Shown here piece by piece: positions 34,930-46,132 of a DNA stretch of 64,000 nucleotides. The position numbers and the translations under genes were made by a program. The DNA comes from Hydrolagus colliei (taxonomy: Eukaryota): positions 1,488,001-1,552,000 of the forward strand of contig CM068775.1 in the NCBI GenBank assembly GCA_035084275.1, read 5' to 3'. Below the pieces are notes generated by a model. The model saw only the letters and a list, made by a program, of their open reading frames with translations. It did not search any database and was not told the origin of the DNA. Position 1 is the first letter of the stretch. The number at the start of each line of letters is the position of its first letter.

Positions 34930-36375
34930 AAGGTCCTTGAAAGAGTGGTTGCCTCCCAGCTCCGCTCTTTCCTCTCAAATCACTCACTCATTGAACCCCT
35001 CCAATCAGGTTTCGGCCCTGTTCACAGCACGGAAACTGCCCTGGTCAAGGTCACTAATGACATCTTAACCGCCTGCGACCAGGGCTCCCTCTGCCTCCTT
35101 GTCCTCCTTGACCTGTCTGCTGCGTTCGACACAGTCTATCACACCATCCTCCTGCAACGTCTTTCCTCCCACCTCAACCTTCAAGGCACAGTCCTTGACT
35201 GGTTCCATTCCTACCTGACCCACCGCCTACATTTTGTATCTTCCCACGGTTTCTCCTGAAACCCCCGCACAGTTTCTCACGGCGTCCCCCAGGGCTCTGT
35301 CCTCGGCCCCTTCCTTTTCACCATTTACACGCTACCTCTGGGCGATGTCATCCGCAGACATGGGGTAAAATTCCACATGGATGCGGACGACACCCAGCTG
35401 TACATTTCTGCCTCATCCCTCAACCCCCAGACCATCGATGTTCTGACAGCATGTCTGTCCGACATTGAGTCCTGGACGAGGGACAACTTCCTCCAATTGA
35501 ACATGAGCAAGACCGAGGCCCTACTCATTGGCTCAAGCCTGCGCCTCCGCACATCGGGCGCTGCCAGCCTCAACATCCAAGGCTGTACTCTCCACCTCAC
35601 AAAGCCAGTCAGGAACCTCGGCATCACGTTCGACGATAAACATTCCTTCCTCCCCCACATCCGCGCCTTGACCGGCACCGCTTATTTCCAACTGCGCAAC
35701 ATTGCCAGGCTCCGCAACTACCTCACTCCCCACGCTGCCGAAACACTCGTGCACGTGTACATCACCTCATGGCTGGACTACGGACCCTCTCTTCATCAGC
35801 CTCCCCAGATCCACCATTCACAGGCTGCAGGTCATCCAAAACTCTGCAGCCCGTGTACTATCCTGCACCCGCCTTCGCGACCACATAACCCCCACCCTCG
35901 CCCGTCTCCACTGGCCCCCCATCCTCCAGAGGATCAAGTTCAAGATCCTCATCCTCACTTTGAAGGCCATTCATGTACTTACCCCCTACTATCTTTCCGA
36001 CATACTGTCCCTCTATTAACCTGCCCTCCCCTACAGGCTCCAGCCTGCTCCATATTCCTCACCCGACAAGCCCTACCATTGATGGCTGGGCTTAAAGCCT
36101 CTCTGTCCCCTCACTCTGGAACTCCATCCCAGAATCCCTTCACCTTGTTCCCTCCCTCGCCTCCATCAAGGCCGGTCTCAAGAGTCTCCTCTTTGAATAT
36201 GCCTTCTGCTGCCCTCCCAACTCTCCCTCTCTTCTTATCTCTCTCCTGTCCCTCCGAACTCTCTCCACTCCTTCCCCCTACATTGTCCCTCTTCCCGGCT
36301 CAGGTCCTGACCTGACTGTTCAGCCCCTTGGGACGTCCTCCCGATATGAAATGTTCTCTATAATGTCACTTTGTT
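34930..36375 (+). mobile_element. L2 LINE RT to 3' tail
   Basis: [29 protein letters not shown]; (TTG)n tail. Confidence 0.88.
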
Positions 36376-37729
36376 GTTGTGGTGGCCGCCCAGTAAAAGT
36401 GTGTCTGTGACACCGGGCATCACAGAGCACATACTGTGGGCACACACTGCAGTTACATCTGGTGGCCACACCCGCTGACTGTGGCGCTGTGGCGTCCTGC
36501 ACAGACAAATCTCAACAGTGACAACAACAACAAAATGACATGTTTAAAGCACAGAGTCCTCCCACAGGAGCCCTCCCAATGGTCATTGTGTATATGGTGA
36601 AGACTGAGATTGATAGATTTGTAAAGGAGAGAGGAATTCAGACACAATGGGCTGAATGGCCTCCTCCAGTGCTGTATAATTCTATGATTGAACACATTTT
36701 ATCTATTAATTTTACTTTTTATTCCACCATTACTGATTTACCAATCACAGCCACTTGAGATGACCTGACAGCTGCTGTTGTTGTTGTCGCTGTTGGAGTG
36801 AAGGGCAATAATGTATGAAAGGTCAGGCTGTGGGCTCAGTGGTGTGAGGGCAGGAAGCTGATCACTGATTGACTGCAGACAATCACAGCTGCTTCCTGAC
36901 AATTGTGCTGTGAGTTTCTGCCCCACCTGATGGCAGCTTGACAGATTCTGTGTCTTTCCAGCAAGAAGTTTTAGATGTAAACAGAAGCAACTTGTGTAGC
37001 GTTTTGCAAATGAGCTGATCTGCAACTGCAAACATCTGTTCTATAACATCTGCAAATTATCATTTCCTGTAAACTCAAAGTCAGAAAAATAAGCCTAAAC
37101 AACATAGCAATAAGTGACACAGAACTTTCCATATTTCTGTTCGTTGATAAGGAAACCAGCCTCCCTTCTTGATTGTTTTATGTAATAATACTACAGATGA
37201 AGAAGAAAATGTATTGGCAATCGCAACCTGGCCATAAAAGCGTGTGGAGGAATGAATCTTGCCAAACGTTTTGCATTGACTAGAATCAAACCCAGGACTT
37301 TCACTTGTAAGGTGAGTGCTCTAATCAGTGATCTACAGGACTTTAATATGCTCTGAATAATCATGAAACACACAGATGTAGAAAATATTTTATTACAGAT
37401 AATTACTTAAACATTTTCAAATGTATTACACACTGTTATCGTTGTCAAATCAATGATTTATTGTCTGTTTTGAAAATATGTCAAATGTGTTGCTTCTTCC
37501 CCAACACATCACCAAATGACTGATCACCAGGAGTGTCCTCACATTCAGCAAATAAATACCTTGTTCATGTAACGAAACACTGCCTGGATTGGCAATCATT
37601 AATACAATTGGTTAAAAAGTATTTTTAAATGATATTTTGCTTCACATTCCATCAAAGACGGGATATTTTGTGAGGTGACCATGGAGCTGTTCTGTGTCTT
37701 GTTGTCTATGAGCCATGAGTAATAATAAT

Positions 37730-38030
37730 ACTTGCGATATAGCGCTTTTTACATCTTCTAAATTGTGTCTCAAAGCGTTTCACAGAATATACTGTAAAGT
37801 GGATTGACTGTATAGTTGTTGGCGAAACACGGCAGCCAATTGCACAAAGCGATGTCCTAAAATAGTCCTGGATTGAAATGACCAATATTTTATAGGTTTC
37901 TTTGGGGTGCATTATTATTCAACACATGGAGTAACGAAACTTGCCCAAAGCATCGCTCTGCCTGGCATCGAAACACAGGTCTCACGCTTGAAAGTCGAGG
38001 GCTCCAAACATTGAGCTACAGTAATCCACT
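37730..38030 (-). mobile_element. tRNA-derived SINE (local family)
   Basis: Head, body and tail on the - strand; paralogues at about 49160-49450 and 61840-62080. Confidence 0.7.
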
Positions 38031-39685
38031 GCAATGATTCATTTCCTGATGTGTGGGATTGATGTTTTGCTCACAGGTTTGCTGTAAGATAGGAGGCCTT
38101 GTAGATCTTGTACAGTTTCCAGATCCAGTGCCCAAAGGAGAATTCAAGATTCAGCGGTGGATCCACATGTCTCACTGTAGAGTCCTGTAGCTCAGGGGTT
38201 AGAGCACTCACCTCGCAAGCCAGAGACCAAGGTTTGATACCTGGCAGGACAAAGCCTTGAGCAAGCTTCCTTACACCACACTTCTGATAATAATCCATCA
38301 AGATAATAAAATAATAATAAATGACTGAAACCACTTCTGATACAAGCCTCATGTTATTTCTTCCCAGTTTCCTTCTCCCCCTTGTCCTGAAGGAGTGTGA
38401 CTGGTCTGACATTACACTGGGCTCCCACTGCACCAGCAGCCCTCCCCACCTGGCTTCTCACCCCAAGAGAACATTTCATGTCTGGCTTGAAATCATGAGC
38501 CGCCACATCAAACCGTTCACCACCATTGCATTATTTCATAACCAATCAAGCTTGTGATTACAGTAAATGCAGGGACTGAGAACAGAGAGGATTATTATTA
38601 TAAGTGGACTGAAGGCTGAATTCATTCCGATTATCTTCCAATCCAGAGATAATTATTGTGCCCATGTTTGACATCGACACAGACAATAAGATAGACTTCC
38701 TTAAATGTAAGAGAACAGAGAGGAAAGTAGGAGGAAGGACACATCGACAAGTGATAAAATAGAAAGAAAGTGATTAAAATTGCCAGGAACATAATTTTTT
38801 TAATATCAATATATCCACATCAAAATGCCAGTTGAAGTAACAAGAGGATTCACGGCTTCATGCCAATATGTGATGTGAAATCAGGATTGAAAGAGCAGGA
38901 AACAGGGAGTAATCATCTGCAGATGATCAGAACATCACTAAACTATAGGAAATAATAAATATTTTAATTAAGGCACAATGTTAATTATTGCACATAAAAT
39001 AAACAGTTACTACATTTTATAATGCATTTTGTGTAGTTCCTTTAGACATTTCAAAAACATGAAAAGGCATTATGTCAAATGCAAGGTTTATGATCAAAAA
39101 CATTATCATGTAAACATAAGAAAATAATAATTGTAGCATAAAAGACAAATGTCCATCTGGATTGCCTTCCACCATCCTGGCAGTCACACATACTTGTCAT
39201 GTCCTCAACAATGTACTGTATCACAAAATATTATTTTCAAAATTAACCCAGGGCTTCTATTTTTTTCTGCTGCCACTGTCTCCCTAACTTTAACAGTCAC
39301 TCACTGAAATAGGGTTCCCGTAGGTTTGTGTTGAACTAACCAATTACTCCACTCACACACACACACACACACACACACATTAAAGGAAACAATTCATGAG
39401 GCTTCAGGGTCAGTGCTGGGGCTAATATTATTGACACTTATATTAATATGAAGTAACTGTCAATGCCGAATGTATAGGATACAATTATTGATCTGTGCAG
39501 GTCCAAGGGAATGTGAGGCGTGACTCCCCTCAGTCCTGTAGCTATTGGTCCATTCTCCAAACACCTGGCCCCACTGCCCCTTGTTAAATAGCGGTCACTG
39601 GGGACTGAGGCCATCTGTCCATCCGGCAGATCTTTGTCCCTCGGTTATTGGGCTCAAGGGTCAGTTCCGACAATTGCCCAGAAAC

Positions 39686-40025
39686 ATGAGGTCCCTGATA
39701 TCTCTCAGTCTGTTGCTGGCTCTCTTCTCCCGTGAGCTCTATTATTGCGACAAGTCTGACTCTGTGTGTGTGTGTGGGTGTGATTCTCTCTGCAATGTCA
39801 CAGAGCCGGGATATCTCACAATAATTAATCTTTGGTCATTTGTTCTTTACAGGTGTCCAGGCCGATGTGGTGCTGACACAGCCGTCGTCTCTAACCGGGA
39901 AGCCTGGCCAGGCCCTGAGACTCACCTGTAGAACCAGCGGGTTTGATCTCAGCAAATATGGCATGAACTGGGTCTGGCAGGTTCCTGGGAAGGGGCTGGA
40001 GTGGCTGCTCTACATTTCGTACACA
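39686..40025 (+). pseudogene. IGHV: IgH V2: intact leader (39686-39731), V exon from 39853 truncated in CDR2
   Basis: Matches V1 through TACATTTCGTACACA, then switches to an antisense SINE. In-frame TGA at 40032; no second Cys and no RSS. Confidence 0.92.
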
Positions 40026-40327
40026 GAGATGTGACGAGTAAGGAAACTTGGCCCATAACACTGCTTGGAATAGAACCCAGGTCTCCCGTTAACAAGGTGA
40101 GCTACAGGACTCCACAATCATGATTTCTGGCATAATCAATACTTTTCTAACCTCACTTGTTGTGGAACTCTATTCTCTCAGTGCCCTGAAAGCTGAGGTG
40201 GTCGGTTGTTTGAGTTGAGGAGTTCCTGAGTGTAATTTTTGTTGCTGATAATGGTTAAAACGGTGTACTCATACAATAATCCTGGGGGAAACGTGAGACA
40301 TTATTTGTAATCAAATGAGGTGAAATC

Positions 40328-40408
40328 ATCCATCTATCCGTCCGTCCGTCCGTCCATCCATCCGTCCGTCAGTCCGTCCGTCCGTCCGTCAGTCAGTCAG
40401 TCAATCAA
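40328..40408. repeat. (TCCG)/(TCCA)/(TCAG) tetranucleotide microsatellite
   Basis: Seen directly. Confidence 0.9.
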
Positions 40409-40456
40409 TACACACATTTATTTTGCTCCAAAAAGAGATTAGTTTCAGAATAGGGT

Positions 40457-40529
40457 CAACCCTGGGTGGCTTCACCCACCGACCTTTCAGTTACCAGCTG
40501 AACGCGCTAACCAATTGAGCCACAGAGAC
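40457..40529 (-). pseudogene. tRNA-Asn-like pseudogene or SINE head (anticodon GGT, broken B box)
   Basis: GTCTCTGTGGCTCAATTGGTTAGCGCGTTCAGCTGGTAACTGAAAGGTCGGTGGGTGAAGCCACCCAGGG closely follows vertebrate tRNA-Asn(GTT); T5 run about 20 nt downstream. Confidence 0.8.
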
Positions 40530-40941
40530 TTCTGCCTTGAATCCTTCTTCCAGGAAAATACAGCATTTTGTTAACTTAATTGTTGTCACAGGTAAACTCT
40601 GGATTGATAAGAAATGTCAATATCTGTAAGTGAGTTATTCAAAGGTTCAATCTAAATGCAAATAGAAGTTTAGTAGATAGAAAATGATCATGGTGGAGAC
40701 ACTGAGATAGATTTCCAGAGGCTGGTGCCTTGTCAATAGAGGGCAACACCATTGGTGACATTGAAGTGATGGGGCAGACACATTTCAACAGTGGGCGAAA
40801 CATCTGTGCAAGTAAATGTGATATATAAATATTATTTTATCACAACACCTGTTGTCGTAACGAAATAAACAGATTTGTTACCTTCAATAGTGTTGGAATG
40901 TCCTCCCGACATGAGCGGCTCTATACATATGTAATACATAT

Positions 40942-41258
40942 GTGGAGCCCTGTAGCTCAGTGGTTAGAGCACTCGCCTTACAAGTGTGAGATCTGTGTTA
41001 GAATCCAGGCAGATCAGGGCGAAACCTTGGGCAAGTTTCCTTACTCCATGTGCCCAATAATAATCAGTCCAAAAAAACCCACAATAATAAAAATGGGTCA
41101 TTTCAATCCATGGCTGGTTGTGGGAAGCTGCTGAGTGCAATTGGCTGCTGCGATTCACCCAAAAATATACAAAGTCAATTCACTTTACAGTACATTATGT
41201 GAAGCAATTTGGCACGTTGATAAGATGTGAAAACGCAATATCAAATGCAAGGATTATT
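40942..41258 (+). mobile_element. Full-length tRNA-derived SINE (local family)
   Basis: gccctgtagctcagtggttagagc...gggcaagtttccttactccatg...ggtcatttcaatcc...tatcaaatgcaaggattatt. Copy at 52140-52455. Confidence 0.8.
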
Positions 41259-41799
41259 AATATTGTTAATTGTTGTTGTGGTTGTTTCCATCACCAATAC
41301 TTTTCCTGAAATATTCAAACAGATTACAAACACACCGGAGGCTGCTTTCAATTCTCAGCTCTGTGGTTTCAGTTGGTTAAACTCCAGCAGTTCCCCAAAG
41401 CTCACACTCTGGTTCCTCAGCTTTGGGTCTTGCTGACCTGGTCCAAATACTGTCTGGAATCAGGTAAACAGGATGTGTCCTCCTGGTAAAGCTTGTTCAT
41501 TCCATTCCAAACATAGCAATTCCCATGTGTGGGTAGTATGGACCTCACTAACTTGCTTTAAGTTTAATAATGGGTTTGTGACACCCAGCTGACAAGATGT
41601 TATTATAGGTCATAATTATAGATATATTTCATTAAGAAATTTTGATACATAAATACCGGATATATTTTTGTTGAAGTTGGGTAGGTGATGAATTATGAAG
41701 GCTTAGATATTGGTCTCAAAACACGTAGAGTTTATATTTCATTGTTTACTTATAGAAAATCAACATTTGATGTAAATTTCTGTGGCTCGATGTGGAGTT

Positions 41800-42100
41800 C
41801 TGTAGCTCAGTGGTTGGTGTACTTGTCTTAACAGTGAGATATGTGGTTGTGCTTCCCAGAGGGTCAGGGTGAATACTTGGGCACATTTCCTCACTCCACA
41901 CGCCTGGTAATAATCCCTCACAAAAAACAATAAGTAAATTGGTCATTTCAATCCACTATCGTTTGTGGGATACAGCTGCGAGCCATTGGCTGCCACGTTT
42001 CGCCCACCAATATATAGTCAATAATTATGTTATATACTGTGAGGTGCTTTGAAATGTCTAGAAGGTATGAAAATGCGCTATATCACATGCAAGGATTGTT
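41800..42100 (+). mobile_element. tRNA-derived SINE, positionally orthologous to 17370-17630 and 52967-53280
   Basis: Shared diagnostic variants gggatacagctg, cccaccaat and atcacatgcaa. Confidence 0.7.
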
Positions 42101-42665
42101 ATATTCAAAGATTACGAAGAAGGCACAGCTGCCGATTCACTGACAATCACTGACAGTAGAAATGCAAAAGTAGTTAGTTGTGTAAAGCGGTTACGTTATC
42201 ATGATTAGACAGAGGATTCTCTGACTCTGTGGATTCCTATTGTGTATTACAGTACTATGAGGCCAAGATAGTGCAGTATTGGGGAAGAGTTTAGGAAATA
42301 TGATTTTTTTTCAGATTTTCAATTAAAAAATAATTTGCCCCCGAAATTTCATATTGTGCAGTCGTGTGTCTCAGTGTTTAGAGCACTCACCAAGTAAGCC
42401 AGTGACCTGGATTTGATTCCTAGCAGGATGAAATATTTTGCAAGTTTGTTTGAGCCACACACCTCTGTTTACGTAGTAGTGTGCAATTCTCACGTGAAAA
42501 CACTATTGTTTATTCACTGGTCTGGAATTAATTGCATTAATTACAATCATTATTCAAGTTGTACCATCAATTTTGCTATAAGTACAAATTTATTTCAGTG
42601 TGAGCTCAGTGAGTTCATCCAATTCAGCAGGAAAACCAGTTTTACACCAGAGTGTAAATCAGGGC

Positions 42666-42735
42666 ATGGAATTTCCAACAGTATACGCTATAGCAGCTAT
42701 TTACTACCCCATTCTGGTAGCATTTGCAATTCCTG
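42666..42735 (+). CDS. GPCR C exon 1 (MEFPTVYAIAAIYYPILVAFAIP)
   Basis: GGCATGG; 70 nt; donor G|GTAATT. Confidence 0.9.
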
Positions 42736-44259
42736 GTAATTCTATTTGTTTTCATGGTATGGGAATTGTGAAGAGTCTAGTTCAATTGACATTTTGTATA
42801 GTGGCTTGTCATGTGTACTAGAAATCTCAAATCAGTTCAAAGTATATACGTCAAAGTGAAATGACTTTGTATTTGTGGGCGAAAGGCGAGAGCTAATTGT
42901 GTGTTTCCGTGTCCTGCAAACTATCATGGATTGAAATGATCAATTTTATTAACTGTTGATGATGGATTATTACCAATGGTTGAGTGAGGAAACTTGCTGA
43001 AGGTTAGTCCTGACCTGCCTGGAATTGAACACAGATGCATCGCTTGGTGAATGCTCTAATCACTCAGCTACAGGACTTGGTTACAGAAATGGGGATAAAC
43101 AGGGCTATGAATCTGAATGTACAACTTGATCTGAGAGCTGTTGCAGACTCAAAGAGCCAAAAGATCTCTGTTCTCTTGCAAATATATGTGACAAAATTAC
43201 GTTTATAGAGCGTCTTTCACATTGGGAGGATGTCCCAAGGTGCCGAACAGTCAGGTCGGGACCCAAGTAAGGGAGTGAGGCAGGGTAGGGGGTTGGGCTT
43301 TAGAGAGTTAGGAGGGGAGGGAGGGAGTTGGGAGGGCAGCAGAAGGCATGGTAGAAGAGGACCAGCCTTGAATACCGGCATTGAAGGAAGCAAGGGAGGA
43401 ATCCAGATGCAGGGAAAGTTGGATGGACTTCCAGAGTGTGGGGGCAGAGATATTGAAAGCCCATGCACCGTTTGTAGGGCGGGTCGGGTGGGGGACATGG
43501 AGCAGACCGGAGCCCACTGAATAGGGCTGTGTAGTAGTTTCATAAGCGGACAGAAGGTCGAAGAGATAGGAGGGGGCCAGGTCATGAATGGCCTTGGAAG
43601 TGAGGAGGAGAATCTTGAATTTTATCCTCTGGGGATGTTGAGGCAATGGAGCCGGGCAAGGGTGGGAGTCATGTGGTCACAGAACTTTGTGCTGGAGAGG
43701 ACATGAGCTGCAAGTTCTGGATGTTCTGCAGATTGTGAAAGGAAGAGCCAGAACCGACAGTGAGGAGGGAGTTTCCATATTCATGCCTTGATGTGATGAA
43801 TGTGTGGACAATGGGTTTGGTAACCTGACGGTTGAGGCAGTGCTACATTCTGGCAATTTTGCTGTGGTGTTGATGTGGGGGAGGCAGGACAATTAAGGGT
43901 AGAACAAGATACCCAGGCTTGGTTGACTTTGAGAGATGGAGAGTGCAGCCTTGGAAGCCGATGCTGCCAGTGCCTCAGTTGTGGAGTTGCTGACAGGATC
44001 CAATCAGGAGAATATAGGTGCAATATATCACCGGAAGATTTCTTGATGTGATAGTGGCTGTTATGAATAGGATGACAACGATCCGGATGAAAGGGACAGG
44101 TTGACTGTGTCGGCAAGTAGTAGGGTAAGGAAGTGGAGCTGGGTGGTAAGGAGTCGAGTCGGGATGGGATTCAGGGAACAGCTGGTGGACTTCATGGAAG
44201 ATACGGTTGTGATGACAGAGGATGGGGAGACAGGTTCTCCCCATCCTCATCCATTCTGA

Positions 44260-44409
44260 NNNNNNNNNNNNNNNNNNNNNNNNNNNNNNNNNNNNNNNNN
44301 NNNNNNNNNNNNNNNNNNNNNNNNNNNNNNNNNNNNNNNNNNNNNNNNNNNNNNNNNNNNNNNNNNNNNNNNNNNNNNNNNNNNNNNNNNNNNNNNNNNN
44401 NNNNNNNNN
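44260..44409. other. Assembly gap
   Basis: Run of N. Confidence 1.
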
Positions 44410-45200
44410 ACTTACATTTATATCACGCCTTTCATGTCAAGAGGACCGCCCAAGGCAATGTACTGTTTGGTAGGGACAAGAGCATGGGGGGAGGGATCGG
44501 GGCAGGATGAAGACGAGTAGGAAAATTAACTGTTTATTTGTGGGCAAAACGCAGCAGGCAAATTGCACAGAGTAGGAATAGGTAGATGTTGGGGTGTGGG
44601 AGGGTGGTGTGTGGGGGCAAAAGTTCTAAGGGTGGTGACAGCTAAGTGGATTCCCTCGATTTTGGACTCAAGGTCTTCCAGCATCTCCTCACAGTGGGAG
44701 TTGGAGGAGAGGATCTGAGAGGTGGACGGGGAAGGGTGGAGGAACTGGTTTGTTGTGGAGAATAGGAACTTGTGGTTGTCCTGGATTATCCTGGAGTAGA
44801 AGTACAATTTGCTAGAGACCAGAGCAGGGAGGTAGTTTTTGGTGTGCCAGATATGCCAGTGGACCATTAGACCAGATTTGAGCCAGGTACGTTCAGCGCC
44901 CGACACCTGATCTTTGAGTAACTGGAGGTAGCTGGTGAACTAGGGTGAGGTTGAAGAGTAACACTTTGGAAAGAATCAGGAGAAATAATTTTGCTGATTG
45001 TTTAATGCAGGCTACCTTACAACAAGGCCACAATTCGAACCTGTATGAAAGGTTTGCTAAAGGTTTGAGATATGGACGATGTTCTCAAGGAATTGAATCA
45101 ACTCAAAGGATAAACAACCAAATATGACACAGCCTTAAACTCCTCATCTCACACCTGTATTCATGTGAATAATTTTTCCTATTTTCTTTCCTTCACACAG

Positions 45201-46132
45201 TTAATTTGCTGGCGATAGTGATCCTTTCAAGAGGAAACTGTGGTCTCTCAAAATGCGTCACTCGCTATCTGGTGTCCATGGCAGCCGCGGATCTCCTGGT
45301 TGTCGTTGTGGATGTGTTGTTAAACCAAATTAACAATCTGTATTTCCCATTAAATTTCTTATTCTACACTCCATTATGCAGTGTTAGAGTTGTCTTTGTG
45401 GCTGCAGCGATGCTCATGTCTTTGTGGTTCACTGTTGCTTTCAGTTTTGACCGATTTATCGCCATTTGCTGCCAAAATCTGAAACCAACATATTGCACGG
45501 AGAGAACGGCCACAGTGGTTATTGTAACTCTGTCTGTCATTTGCTGCTCAGTCAGCATTCCCTGTTACTTTTTATTTGTTCCTCAGTTGATAATTAACAA
45601 TACCCCGTGGTACTGTGTCTTCAAACCAAACATTTATACTTTGCTCACCTGGAAATTATTCGAAAGGTTTATCCGTGCTTTTAATCCACTGTTTGTGTTT
45701 GCTTTGATTTGCCTGTTCAACACTATGATTATCAGACACATTCTGATGGCCAGTAAAGTCCGCAGGAGGCTGCGGGGTCAGAGAAATGCTGAGAAAACTA
45801 TTGATCCCGAGTTGGAAAACCGAAGAAAATCCATAATTTTACTGTTCGCCATATCAGGCAGTTTTATAGTTTTGTGGACAACTTATGTTGTACATTCTGT
45901 CATATGGCAACTTTCCAATTATAGTTATAGTGAAACATTGGTCAATAGCACCCAATATATTGTCCAAGAAACCGGACTCATGCTGCAAATGTTGAATTGC
46001 TGTGCAAACACCTGTATATATGCTTTAACTCAGAGTAAGTTCAGAGATGAGTTTAAGAAAGGGTTAGTTTATCCCTTTCATATCATTGCGAAACTAATGA
46101 TAAAACAGCAGGAAAAAAAGGTAGGAAAGTAA
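45201..46132 (+). CDS. GPR139-like GPCR C exon 2
   Basis: Acceptor ttcacacag|TT; intact frame. Confidence 0.93.

Noticed and set aside
40942-41020. SINE heads as functional tRNA genes
   Set aside because: Degenerate B boxes, and each continues into a SINE body and tail.
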